Assembly: GCA_964016885.1 (NCBI GenBank)
Contig: OZ024741.1
Location: forward strand, 373,674,001 to 373,738,000
Source of the DNA: Eledone cirrhosa
Lineage: Eukaryota
Length of the DNA stretch: 64,000 nucleotides
Reading direction: 5' to 3'
The position numbers and the translations under genes are program-made. Positions 39,448 to 52,894 of the stretch are shown here, in pieces (within the stretch, counting starts at the first letter, position 1; each line of letters opens with the position of its first letter). The notes beneath the pieces were generated by a model. It saw only the letters and a list, made by a program, of their open reading frames with translations, made no database searches and was not told the DNA's origin.

Positions 39448-39954
39448 ACTAGAACAAGTGAATATTTAAATCGTATTTTAATTTATTTAAAAGATTGTTG
39501 AATGTTTACTTGTTCCGCTCATTTTTATAATTCTGGTATCTTACATTAGTACCATTGAACAACAACTGTTATAGACACCATGTATATTTCCGTGGGTACT
39601 TAACTTAGTACCTACTGGATATCTATATCATTTATATATATAAACGGAAAAAATGAAACGATATATATATATATATATATTTAAAGAAAATGAGGTTTTT
39701 TTAATAAGAAAAAGAAATTGAAAATGCAACTGGAGTCTTTTTAAGAATATTTAATTATTTACCGGTTTCACAGTTCTTAAGCTTTTCAAAAGGCGCTACT
39801 CAATGTTTTCTCAAAGTCGATTATATCGACCCCAGTACTTGATTGGCACTTTATTTCTCGACCAGAAATCAGCAGGATTCGAACGGAAAGGGCCGTAACT
39901 TCCAATTGGTCTTTTCATTGGTCTATATGATTCCATTGATCTTTTTATTACTGG

Positions 39955-40110
39955 TACTATCTACCAGTCGCAACTCTTAGTAGAAGGAACAATGTGAAAT
40001 AAAATGTCTTACTCAAGGACATAACGCATCGTCCCGGTCCGAGAATCGAACTCGCAACCTCACGATTGCGAATCCAATTCTCTAATCACTAAGCCACGCG
40101 CTCTCACCGC
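39955..40110 (-). mobile_element. CORE-type tRNA SINE (family B); relatives at about 9920-10080(-), 44240-44440(-) and 56888-57155(+)
   Basis: Minus strand has GCGCGTGGCTTAGTG (A box), GAGTTCGATTC (B box) and the CORE-like GTCCTTGAGTAAGACATTT. Confidence 0.65.
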
Positions 40111-40978
40111 ATTAGGAAGTTAATATATGTAAATACGTTATTTTAGCACAAAATATCAAACGATATAATAGCTATTCAATCACTATTATGCATTTCAATA
40201 TATGGCTTCAGTTTATGATCGCTAGAAATATGATTCTTTTCACTTTTAATCCATTCGTTCGCTAATCGCTTAGCACAAAAAATATGTTCAATATAGCTAT
40301 AATATATTTAAAAATATAATTATTAAAACACCCCTGTTCCGTAAATTAATTAAAAATATTATAGTTAATGGTGATTTAACAATTTGAGTATGCTCGCAAT
40401 GTTTTTCGTATAGCGAATTGCACGTATTTCGGCGTTGTGAATGCTTAGCGAATGACTTGATTTGAGACTGTATTTTGAAACTCAAGCAATTACAGTGTTT
40501 ATTTGATGGTGTAAAATCTTTAGTCGCATTCTTTATGAGCTGGTCACTGACACAGTTCCTCTGGAACTAATCAGTTTGTATGTATTTCTAGTCTTAATTT
40601 CGTCTGTCTCCGTGTTACGGTCTGCATGAATAACAGCACACACGATTTACTTTTCTAGCTACGCTCTCGAAGGCATCGCGTAGCCATAGATGTTATACAA
40701 GTAGCTGACTGCTAGAAACAATGTGTCCGGAGTTAGAATACACACACACACACACCCACATACATACATATAATACACACACATACACACACACACATAC
40801 ATATAATACACACTCATACACATATATCTAATACACACACACACACACACACATATATAATACACACACACGCACACACATATATATATAATACACACAT
40901 ACACACACGCACACATATATATATTTATATATATATATATATATATATACACCTCTATATGTTACACCTCTATTCTTT

Positions 40979-41043
<65 letters not shown>

Positions 41044-41156
41044 AAAGAGTGAAGAATAACGTGGTCGGCTGTACAACAACGCCGAACGTTAAAACTATCC
41101 TTGATGTAGAGTAATCATAACCTCTACTTGGATTACCTTAAACGATATCCTGCTAA

Positions 41157-41204
<48 letters not shown>

Positions 41205-41338
41205 AAAATGTTCAAGACCCCGACGGCAGAATTCAAGACGTTTCGAAGGCTATTTCTGGACCGTTTAACTAATATATATATATATATATATTTCTATATA
41301 TATATTAGTTAAACGATTGATATAGGAGGAAAAGCGAA

Positions 41339-41573
41339 TGTGTAATATAGTATAAAGTTGGTCGGTGAGCAGTCGAATTGTGTGATATAGTAAAAAGACG
41401 GTGAGTTGGCTGCCATAGGAGCATCGAACAAATGCTTAGCAGTATTTGTTTTGTTCCACGTACAGAGTTCAAATCCCCTAAATTTCGATGCTCTTTTGGC
41501 GGCCAACTCACCGTCTTTTTAATATATTACATAATTCGACTGCTCACCGACCGGCTTTATAATATATTACACA
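41339..41573. repeat. Inverted repeat with arms of about 90 bp that includes a SINE 5' end
   Basis: 41339-41428 matches the reverse complement of 41484-41573. The loop holds GAGTTCAAATCC. Confidence 0.85.
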
Positions 41574-41610
41574 AATTGTACAACACACGCACACACACAC
41601 ACACACACAC

Positions 41611-41677
<67 letters not shown>

Positions 41678-41720
41678 GTATATATAAATATATGTACATA
41701 TATATATATATGTGTATATG

Positions 41721-41837
<117 letters not shown>

Positions 41838-42045
41838 ATATGCATATATATATATAATGCGAAAAGTGAATAAGAAAAAGCAACAAGGGAGAGGATTACA
41901 GTACAAAGGTGTTTATATATATATATATATATATACAGTATTTTCCGTTGTGTTGTAATATAAATATTACACACAGTAGATTATCAGCTCACGTAGAGTT
42001 TGCTCGACGGTTCCAGTTGTAGTTCCAAAAGTAATCCGGAGAAAA

Positions 42046-42779
42046 ATAGAAAGATTTGAATGGATACAGTTTAGTTGAAAGGAATTTATTGACACGTGTT
42101 TCTATAACAGTTACATAACCTAAAACAGCTATCTACAAACTTTTAGTTATGCAGACATTCAATATTTCAATGTTATTATTTACTGTCATTTCATCAGAAT
42201 AATATTACTGAGGACCTATTTAGTTTTTATAGAGAATATTAGGAGGGAGGGGTGAAGTTGTTAGAAGAATAGTTGAAGGAGTGGTTTTTCGATAGCAGTG
42301 AGAATTCTTGGTGGCAGTGAGTAATTAGATTCCCATATGTTGTTTTGACATTTTTTATAGAATATATTATTGGTTATTTTTCTAAATCTATAGAAGGATT
42401 AGAGATAGTAAAGATATCTTTACTATCTCTAATCCTTCTATAGATTTAGAAAAATAACCAATAATATATTCTATAAAAAATGTCAAAACAACATATGGGA
42501 ATCTAATTACTCACTGCCACCAAGAATTCTCACTGCTATCGAAAAACCACTCCTTCAACTATTCTTCTAACAACTTCACCCCTCCCTCCTAATATTCTCT
42601 ATAAAAACTAAATAGGTCCTCAGTAATATTATTCTGATGAAATGACAGTAAATAATAACATTGAAATATTGAATGTCTGCATAACTAAAAGTTTGTAGAT
42701 AGCTGTTTTAGGTTATGTAACTGTTATAGAAACACGTGTCAATAAATTCCTTTCAACTAAACTGTATCCATTCAAATCT

Positions 42780-42785
<6 letters not shown>
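42046..42785. repeat. Perfect 740-bp palindrome (370-bp arms, no spacer)
   Basis: Centre AAGAT|ATCTT at 42415/42416. No mismatch found in a line-by-line comparison. The right end runs into (TA)n. Confidence 0.97.
42629..42745 (+). ncRNA. Hammerhead motif in the palindrome arm (mirror copy at 42086-42202, minus strand)
   Basis: TTATT CTGATGA A-ATGACAGT..ACTGTTAT-A GAAA CACGTG TC AATAA, with palindromic stem III ACACGTGT. Confidence 0.75.
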
Positions 42786-42828
<43 letters not shown>

Positions 42829-43635
42829 TTAAACAATTGATATAGGAGGAAAAGCGAATGTTTCCGATGTTAGTCCTTTATCGGAAGATAGAATGAGTGA
42901 TAGTAGAATAAATAGAAAGACAGACGAGAGTAAGAAAAGAAAGAAGCGGGAAAATGCTTTTCTTTTTACATGAGGAAAGCATGTGTGTATTTAGTCAGCC
43001 ATTTTGAATATATGCATGTGCTTGTGTATCAAAGCGTGTATGTGAATATATTAAACTGTTAGTCCATTTGTAGCATGTTACGCAGTATGTTTAGTTTAGT
43101 CTAGTAATATCACAACAAACCGAAAAATAAATAAAGACAAAACGAAATAATAGATTCATTTAATCTTTGTCATAAAAAATATTATTGACACCAATAGAAA
43201 AATATGGAAATGAAGACTAGAGCAAATCGTGACAATGCTAGACATTGAAAATTATTAAGAATGACTAATTATATGGTTAGGGTTACAAAAACACGTAGGA
43301 TATAATCGATTAACAAGCAGATAAATAGGTAATTGAGGAAAAAAAAGACTGTCTTCTTGTATCTCTTCTTAGAGTCTGCACTTATCAAAGCTGTGAAGAG
43401 AGACAGCAATGAATAACGTGTAGTACTTACGGCAACAAGAAACTACCAGTGATTGCTACCTAAGGCTGCTTTATCTAGTATATATATTGTAGGTCTGTTA
43501 GTTCACACACCAACACGAAATGCAGAAAAGAGAAAACAATCGCTTGTCTGTGTTTATATATGTATGTATATTTGTTTATAACTGTATTTGTCTGCCTGTG
43601 TTTGTTTATATAACTTTATGTATGAGTAAATATGT

Positions 43636-43689
<54 letters not shown>

Positions 43690-45215
43690 TGTGTGTGTGT
43701 GTGTTTACATGTGAATGCCGCCATGACACGAGAGAAATGAGAAAGTGAGGCGAATACATCTACAGATGATAAAAATAAAGAAGTGGAATAGTAGCGAGTG
43801 AAAGTAATAAAAGAAGAGGCGAGCAAACATCTGTTGGAGTCAGCAGTGACATAATTATGATGAAATAGTAACAGATACTACAAGCAAAAGGAAAATGGCG
43901 GAAAATTAACAAATTCAAGCCAGAATATTTCTACATGTACTCTAGATGAACAAACAACAATCTTATAGTTTCAAAGATTATGCCTTATCTTTATTGGACT
44001 TCTGTGTCCTTTCTACTAGTTTAGATAATGATTTCTAATTTAAGCACAATGGCAGTATTTTGGTGGGAGATGACGGTCGATTATGTCAACCACAGTACTT
44101 TATTTTATCGACCTTGGGAGGATGAAAAGAAAAGTTGAACTTGGCAGGATTTTAATTCAGTAAGCAAAGAGCAGTAACAAATATTTCTAAGCATTTTCCC
44201 AACGACTCTGCCAATTCACCGCCCTGAATATAAGTCTGTTCTAAGGTGAAGGCTCGTAAGGCCAGTACTTATTCCTGGTTTTCTTGTAGTTAAACGACTG
44301 AGAGTACAACTCTCCCAGGACAGGACGCCGCTCTATTGCAGGATTAATATTCACTCTCAGCTGAGTGAACTGGAGCAACGTGAAATAAAGTGTTTTGTTC
44401 AAGAACACAACGCCACAACTTGTCCAGGAATTAGGTCATGTGACTTCACGCCCTGAATATAGGTAAGATAATATTTCTAATTTAGATACAAGGCCCTTAA
44501 CTCTGGGGGAAGGGCAAAGCTGATTAAATCAACCTGATAACGTAACTGCTAATTTATTTTATCAAACATGGAAGGATGAATTTGGTGGGAATTGAACTCA
44601 GAATGTAAAGAGCCAGAACAAATACCGCAATGACATTTTATCCGACAGTTTTCTAATTCTGCCAATCCACCTCCCTTGTCAAAATAAGAAACTATTGATT
44701 TCTAATTTAGACAGACAGCTAGCAAATTTATGGGAACGGCTAAGTTCATCGACCCAGAAAGAATGAAAGGCAAATTTATCATCGACAGGTTTTATAACTA
44801 AAACTGTAACGAGCAGGAACAAATAATGCAATATCATTTTATGGGACGCTCTACCAATTCTCCCAATCCATTCCTCTAAAATGAATAAATATTGGTTTCT
44901 GATTTAGGCTCAAGGTCAACAGATTTGGGGGAGGAAAAAGTCCATTAATTCGACCCCAGTGCATTACTCGTACTTTATTTTATCGACCCCCGTAAGGATG
45001 AAAGGCAATGCTAAACTCGGGAGGATTTGAATGCAGATCGTAAAGGGACGTAACTCTATGCCATAAAGCATGTTGTCCGACGCTCCAGCGATACTGCCTA
45101 TCCACCGTCCTTAAAATGGATTAAGAACAAAGTGAACTCAATAATAAGGAAACAAAACATTGAAGAAGTGAAAATCACGAATAGTTAGTTATGTCATAAA
45201 TACAAATTATGTGGT

Positions 45216-48200
45216 TATAAGAAACTACGACTAATAGGCCATAGGACATATAAGAAACTATGACTAATAGGGCACAGGTCATATGAGAAACTATGACTAA
45301 TAGGCCATAGGACATATGAGAAACTATGACTAATAGAACATATGAGAAAATATGACTAATAGGCCACAGGATTATGAGAAACTATGACTACTAGACCACA
45401 GGACATATGAGAAACTATGACTACTAGGCCACAGGACATATGAGAAACTATGACTACTAGGCCACAGGACATATGAGAAACTATGACTAATAGGTCACAG
45501 GACATATGAGAAACTATGACTACTAGGCCACAGGACATATGAGAAACTATGACTAATAGGCCACAGGACATATGAGAAACTATGACTAATAGGCCACAGG
45601 ACATATGAGAAACTATGACTAATAGGCCACAGGACATGTGAGAAACTACGACTAATAGGCCACAGGTCATATGAGAAACTATGACTAATAGGCCACAGGA
45701 CATATGAGAAACTATGACTAATAGGCCACAGGTCATATGAGAAAGTATGACTAATAGGCCACAGGACATATGAAAAACTATGACTAATAGGCCACAGGAC
45801 ATATGACTAACTATGACTAATAGGCCACAGGACATATGAGAAACTATGACTAATAGGCTATAGGACATATGAGAAACTACGACTAATAGGCCACAGGTCA
45901 TATGAGAAACTATGAATAATAGGTCACAGGACATATGAGAAACTATGACTAATAGGCCACAGGACATATGAGAAACTATGACTAATAGGCTATAGGACAT
46001 ATGAGAAACTACGACTAATAGGCCACAGGTCATATGAGAAACTATGAATAATAGGTCACAGGACATATGAGAAACTATGACTAATAGGCCACAGGACATA
46101 TGAGAAACTATGACTAATAGGCCACAGGTCATATGAGAAAGTATGACTAATAGGCCACAGGTCATATAAGAAACTATGACTAATAGGCCACAGGACAACA
46201 TATAAGAAACTATGACTAATAGGCCACAGGACATATGAGCAACTATGACTAATAGGCCACAGGACATATGAGAAACTATGATTAATAGGCCACAGGTCAT
46301 ATGAGAAACTATGACTAATAGGCCACAGGACATATGAAAAACTATGACTAATAGGTCACAGGACATATGAGAAACTATGACTAATAGGCCACAGGTCATA
46401 TAAGAAACTATGAATAATAGGCCACGGGTCATATGAGAAACTATGACTAATAGGCCACAGGTCATATGAGAAACTATGACTAATAGGCCACAGGACATAT
46501 GAAAAACTATGACTAATAGGCCACAGGACATATGAGAAACTATGACTAATAGGCCACAGGACATATGAAAAACTATGACTAATAGGTCACAGGACATATG
46601 AGAAACTATGACTAATAGGCCACAGGTCATAGAAGAAACTATGACTAATAGGCCACAGGTCATATGAGAAACTATGACTAATAGGCCACAGGTCATATGA
46701 GAAACTATGACTAATAGGCCACAGGTCATATGAGAAACTATGACTAATAGGCTACAGGTCATATGAGAAACTATGACTAATAGGCCACGGGACATATGAA
46801 AAACTATGACTAATAGGCCACAGGTCATATGAGAAACTACGACTAATAGGCCACAGGACATATGAGAAACTATGACTAATAGGTCACAGGTCATAAGAGA
46901 AACTATGACTAATAGGCCACAGGACAACATATAAGAAACTATGACTAATAGGCCACAGGACATATGAGAAACTATGACTAATAGGCCACAGGACATGAGG
47001 AACTATGACTAAAAGGCCACAGGACATATGAGCAACTATGACTAATAGGCCACAGGACCACATATAAGAAACTATGACTAATAGGCCACAGGACATATGA
47101 AAAACTATGACTAATAGGCCACAGGACATATGAGAAACTATGACTAATAGGCCACAGGTCATATGAGAAACTATGACTAATAGGCCACAGGACATATGAG
47201 AAACTATGACTAATAGGCCACAGGACATGAGGAACTATGACTAAAAGGCCACAGGACATATGAGCAACTATGACTAATAGGCCACAGGACCACATATAAG
47301 AAACTATGACTAATAGGTCACAGGTCATAAGAGAAACTATGACTAATAGGCCACAGGACAACATATAAGAAACTATGACTAATAGGCCACAGGACATATG
47401 AGAAACTATGACTAATAGGCCACAGGACATGAGGAACTATGACTAAAAGGCCACAGGACATATGAGCAACTATGACTAATAGGCCACAGGACCACATATA
47501 AGAAACTATGACTAATAGGCCACAGGACATATGAAAAACTATGACTAATAGGCCACAGGACATATGAGAAACTATGACTAATAGGCCACAGGTCATATGA
47601 GAAACTATGACTAATAGGCCACATGTCATATGAGAAACTACGATTAATAGGCCACGGGACATATGAGAAACTATGACTAATAGGCCACAGGTCATATGAG
47701 AAACTACGACTAATAGGCCACAGGTCATATGAGAAACTATGACTAATAGGCCACAGGTCATATGAGAAATTATGACTAATAGGCCACAGGACCACATATA
47801 AGAAACTACGACTAATAGGCCACAGGTCATATGAGAAACTACGACTAATAGGCCACAGGACATATGAGAAACTATGACTAATAGGCCACAGGTTATATAA
47901 GAAACTACGACTAATAGGCCACATGTCATATGAAAAACTACGACTAATAGGCCACAGGTCATATGAGAAACTATGACTAATAGGCCAGAGGTCATATGAG
48001 AAACTATGACTAATAGGCCACAGGACATATGAGAAACTATGACTAATAGGCCACAGGACATATGAGAAACTATGACTAATAGGCCACAGGACATATGAGA
48101 AACTATGACTAATAGGCCATATGACAACATATAAGAAACTATGACAAATAGGCCACAGGACATATGAGAAACTACGACTAATAGGCCACAGGTCATATGA

Positions 48201-48513
48201 GAAACTATGACTAATAGGCTACAGGTCATATGAGAAACTACGACTAATAGGCCACATGTCATATGAAAAACTACGACTAATAGGCCACAGGACATATGAG
48301 AAACTACGACTGAAAGGCCACAGGACATATGAGAAACTACGACTAAAAGGCCACAGGTCATATAAGAAACTATGACTAATAGGCCACAGGTCATATAAGA
48401 AACTATGACTAATAGGCCACAGGACATATGAGAAACTACGACTGAAAGGCCACAGGTCATATGAGAAACTACGGCCACATGTCATATAACAAATTACGGC
48501 CACAGGTCATATG
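45216..48513. repeat. 33-bp tandem satellite, about 100 units
   Basis: Unit GAGAAACTATGACTAATAGGCCACAGG(A/T)CATAT, with 31- and 36-bp variants. Confidence 0.98.
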
Positions 48514-48693
48514 TTATTTATTCATTTGTTTTTGATTTTTCTGTAACAAAATTGGGGGTGGGTGGGGGGAAACTTATTTCATAATGTTTATTAGAATATG
48601 ATATATAGACACAAGCATGACTGTGTGGTTAAAGAGTTCGTTTCACAACCACCTCGTTCAGGGTTCATACCCCACCTATATAATGCATATATA

Positions 48694-49587
48694 CGAGGTG
48701 TGTCAGAAAAGTTCCAGGACTGATGTCACAAAAGATTTATTTCAAACCCAAACTTCACACTAAGAGTTTTCTCCTTCAAAGTAATCCCCCTGGAGTAGGT
48801 AACTGTAATCTTAGCTCTCTGCAGCGATCAAACTTTTTCTTCATAATTTTATATACATGTCCTCTGTTTCAGGTCGTCAATCAATGAGCACATAGCAACG
48901 AACAAACTTGAAAACTCCGTCATAAGCACTGGGATTGCTGCAGCAAGTGTATGGAGATGAGACGATGTCACGCTCACGTGTTTTTGAGTGGTGCAAGAGG
49001 TTTAAAGAAAGACGCGAGGACGTGGAAGATGTCCCCAGGAGCGGAAGGCCCTCAACAACCAGGACTGAGGTCAACGTTGAGCGCGTCAGGCAGATGGTGC
49101 GTAGCGATCGTCGGCTGACTGTTCGACTAATGGCAAATGAGCTGGGCATGAATCGGGACAGCGTCTGGAAGATTCTCACTGAAGATTTGGACATGCCGAA
49201 AGTCTGCGCGAAGATAGTGCCAAAACTGCTGAACGATGATCAGAAGGGTCGACGCATGCAAGTGTGCCAGGACATCCTCGAGCGTCTTAAAACCGAACCA
49301 GACTTGCCAGGGACAATCATCACCGGTGATGAGTCATGGATCTTCGAGTACGACCCGAAGGGAACCCATTTTGAAGACGTGGACGACATCAAAAAGGCCG
49401 TGACGACGGAACTGCGGAGGATCCCGGAAGAATCCTTCCAGGAGTGCATGCAAGCGTGGCAGAAAAGGATGGAAAAGTGCATTAGACTCCAGGGGATTAC
49501 TTTGAAGGAGAAAACTCTTAGTGTGAAGTTTGGGTTTGAAATAAATCTTTTGTGACATCAGTCCTGGAATTTTTCTGACACACCTCG
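48694..49587 (+). mobile_element. Second internally deleted mariner of the same family (HTH retained, catalytic core deleted)
   Basis: Same long TIRs and TA TSD. The peptide MSRSRVFEWCKRFKERREDVEDVPRSGRPST..TGDESW is fused to the C-terminus. Confidence 0.97.
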
Positions 49588-49850
49588 TATATATATATAT
49601 AATAATAATAATAATAGCGATTCTTTGCTTAAACTTTAATCCGTTATTTTAATAAATATATATATATGAAAAATATGGGGAGAAGAATACTGCATGGTTG
49701 CACATGGATTACATGTTATAAAATGAGTCCCTCATCAGTGATTTGCCAACGATCATTGGTATTTCATCGCATATATATATATTAGAAAGTGAGGTTTTTT
49801 TACAAAATGAAAAATAACCAATGTCTCCTACACGAGTGAAAATATAAAGA

Positions 49851-50120
49851 AAAATAGATGAAAGCGAAAATGCAACTGGAGTCTTATTTTTAAAAAAATA
49901 TATATATTTATTTGGTTCCTTTACCGGTTTCGCAGTTCTTCTGCTTTTCAAAGGTATAGTTGAGATGTGGTTTTTCTTACATGTGAGAAAAACCACAGAC
50001 CCTCCATCTCAACTCCACTTTTGAAAAGCAGAAGAACTGCGAAACCGGTAAAGAAACCAAATAAATATATATATTTTTTTTTAAATAAGACTCCAGTTGC
50101 ATTTTAGATTTCATCTTTTT
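49851..50120. mobile_element. Fold-back element with a minimal U3:A8 hammerhead motif in each arm (49918-49954 minus, 50018-50053 plus)
   Basis: CTT TTGAAAA GCAG-AAGAA-CTGC GAAA CCGGT A AAG. A third decayed copy lies at 39757-39793(-). Confidence 0.7.
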
Positions 50121-50153
50121 TTCTATACATATACATATATATATATATATATA

Positions 50154-50225
50154 TCGTCGGTGGTGTAACGGTTAGCATGGTTGCCTTCCAAGCAGTCGAT
50201 CTGGGCTCGACTCCCGGCCGACGCA
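50154..50225 (+). tRNA. tRNA-Gly(TCC), probably a pseudogene or SINE head
   Basis: 72-nt cloverleaf with acceptor (T)CGTCGG/CCGACGC-A and anticodon TCC at 50187-50189. Position 1 is mismatched and the T-loop reads GCTCGA instead of GTTCGA. A T-run follows at about 50233. Confidence 0.85.
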
Positions 50226-50407
50226 TCAAATATTTTTTCATGGGCGGTGCCGTAGCATGCCCTCAGCCGGATGGCTGGAACAGGTAAAAGAGTATATATA
50301 TATATATATAACAAAGAAGGTATGGTAAGATACCAGGTGGACCATAACGCACCAGAGTACTCAATACGTAGGGTAGTAGAGTGGGTAATAGGTCCTGACT
50401 CTTTTCC

Positions 50408-50442
<35 letters not shown>

Positions 50443-52445
50443 ATGTATGTATAACTCATAATGAACCGAACAAATACCGCTAAGCATTTGTACAACGTTC
50501 TACCGATTCTGCCAATCCACCACCCTAAAAAGTGAGAGAAATAATAATTAAACTTTTCATGACCAAGCTTAAAGACTAATTAAATGCTTGTAAGTATGTA
50601 CAAAATATTTGTATGTATGTACATACGCGTAACTCCTCCTAGAGTCGTAAAGGTGCCATAGTGACATACGGCGTGATTTGGACATTTAAAACCTGGTCTG
50701 ATTTCTTCCAGGGAAAGAGAGAGAGAGCGAGAGGGAGACAACCAGTACTGGACTGGTACATATTTTTAACGACCTCGAAGGGGTGAAAGTCTAACGACTC
50801 TACCAATTCGCGGCCCACAGAAATACTTATAAATGATTCAATATTAACGGTAGACATACTTATGAATAACTTAATTTAATAGCAGAAATCGGACAACAAA
50901 TAAAAATATTTGGTCGATATTTTACCTGAAGGTATTACGAAATCACTGAAAATGTGGTGAAATGATGGAGTTTTGTATGATAGAATAGATGGAAGATTAT
51001 AAAATGAATAGCTTAGATTCGGAATTCTGAAAGAAAGAGACAATGTTAAATAAGTGAGTAGACGTGTTAAGTAGGAAAGAAAATACAGAATACGGTATTA
51101 ATGCAGAGGAAAACTGAATTGTGAATAGAGTAAATTACACTATGAAAAACGTCCATAAGTGTCAAGGAACCCCAACATGGTGGAATTAAGAAATATCAAG
51201 ACCTTCATAGTGTTCTTTGTGTTCAAATATACACCAGAAACAGCAAGAACATACCAGAATCAAGCAAGAACAAATGTAAAATGTCTTTTTATATTTTTAT
51301 AATTGAGTTTGGGTGAAGACATATACTCATAGAATGGAAAGCATTAGAACATATGATTTCTACTTTAGGTACAAGGCCGGTAATTTGTGGAGAGGAAAAA
51401 GTCGATTATATCTTTTTATTTGAAATAGTCAGCAAAGGTGCGATAGTGCTCATCAATTTTGTAGATCCTCTGAGACTGTGGGAAAAGAAATCACTTTGTG
51501 GGGTTGTATAAAACTAAGATTGACAACAACAAAATGATAGTGAATGTAACATAATCCAAACCTGTCAACACTCCCCGTCCGATGGGCAGATCTCCCACCC
51601 ACTTTGAGGTGGATGAGAAATATCTTCTCTTGTGAAAATGGGTATAATGTAAAATCTCCCCATTTTGCCTCATTTCTCCTTGCTTTGGTGTACTTTTTTT
51701 CATGGTACTCCCTGTTTAGGGTTTTAGAGATTGGCAGGTCTACATAATCTTAACTTGAGTCTACGGAATACTTGCTGCAGGTTTAATCCCCCCACTCAAA
51801 ACAAAAAATAAAATCCAAAGGTTCTATGGATGTGAACAGAGCCAGATTTTCCTCAACTGAGACCCTAAGCAATGAGGACCTTCTCTAAAAGGATTCGGGG
51901 GAAAAATTAAAATAATTATACACGATTATTATTTAAACATTAAATATATATATATAATTTTTTATGATTTAGTGCTAAAGAATAAAACTAATGATAAAGT
52001 AAATATACATATTTTTTAAATGTGGTCCCCGAGGGTGTGTGGCCCTGATCTATAACGTATTTAGCTCATAGGTAAGACCAGCACTGGATGATGTGAACAG
52101 GGTTTGACTAAAACCATAATAATAGTTTCTGATTGAGGCACAAGGCCAACCATTTAGGGAGAGGGAAAAATCTATTAAATCGATCCCAATGCGTCACTCG
52201 TACTTTGTTTTATTGACTCCAGACTGATGAAAGGCAAAGTTGACAAAAAGCATCATGATGAGTAGCGTATGTAAGTATGTATGTATATATGTATGTATTA
52301 TGTATGTATTATGTATGTATTATGTATGTATTATGTATGTATCAATGTATGTATCAATGTATGTATGTACGTATCTATCTATCTAACCTATCTATCTATC
52401 TCACTATCTAATCTCTCTCTATCTATCTTTCTACCCATCAATCTA

Positions 52446-52528
<83 letters not shown>

Positions 52529-52894
52529 CTATATATATATACAGGTAAAGTTCCATAATAACACATTTTTCAGTATAACGAATAAACGCTCGATTTGACC
52601 TCGTTACAAAGAATTTTTCGTTACAACGAATTTTTTTATACCCTGTGAATTTCGTTATATAGATATAGACATAATGATATATATGTGTGCGTGAGCGCGT
52701 GCGTGGTGCGTGCGTGCGTGTATGTGTGTGTGTGTAGTGTAAATAGACATACAACCCTTGGATATAAAACAACACCAAATATATTCAGATGTGAATACTT
52801 TCATCAATATATTTATGAAGCTAAATTTGAAGCAGAAATATATCGAAAGCTATTTCATATAATTTTCTCAAGAAATTCAACATAAATAAACTAA

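Noticed and set aside
41095-41150. Possible decayed hammerheads here and at about 4455-4510, 8245-8275, 31445-31480 and 49700-49740
   Set aside because: One or more core boxes or stems are missing, so they are not supportable without a family consensus.
43425-43480. Minus-strand exon ending in GTAAGT
   Set aside because: No polypyrimidine acceptor and no convincing reading frame.
45356-48503. 546-aa and 386-aa hydrophobic repeat ORFs, or a possible CRISPR-like array
   Set aside because: A pure 33-bp tandem satellite with frame-breaking variants. It has no unique spacers and no cas genes.
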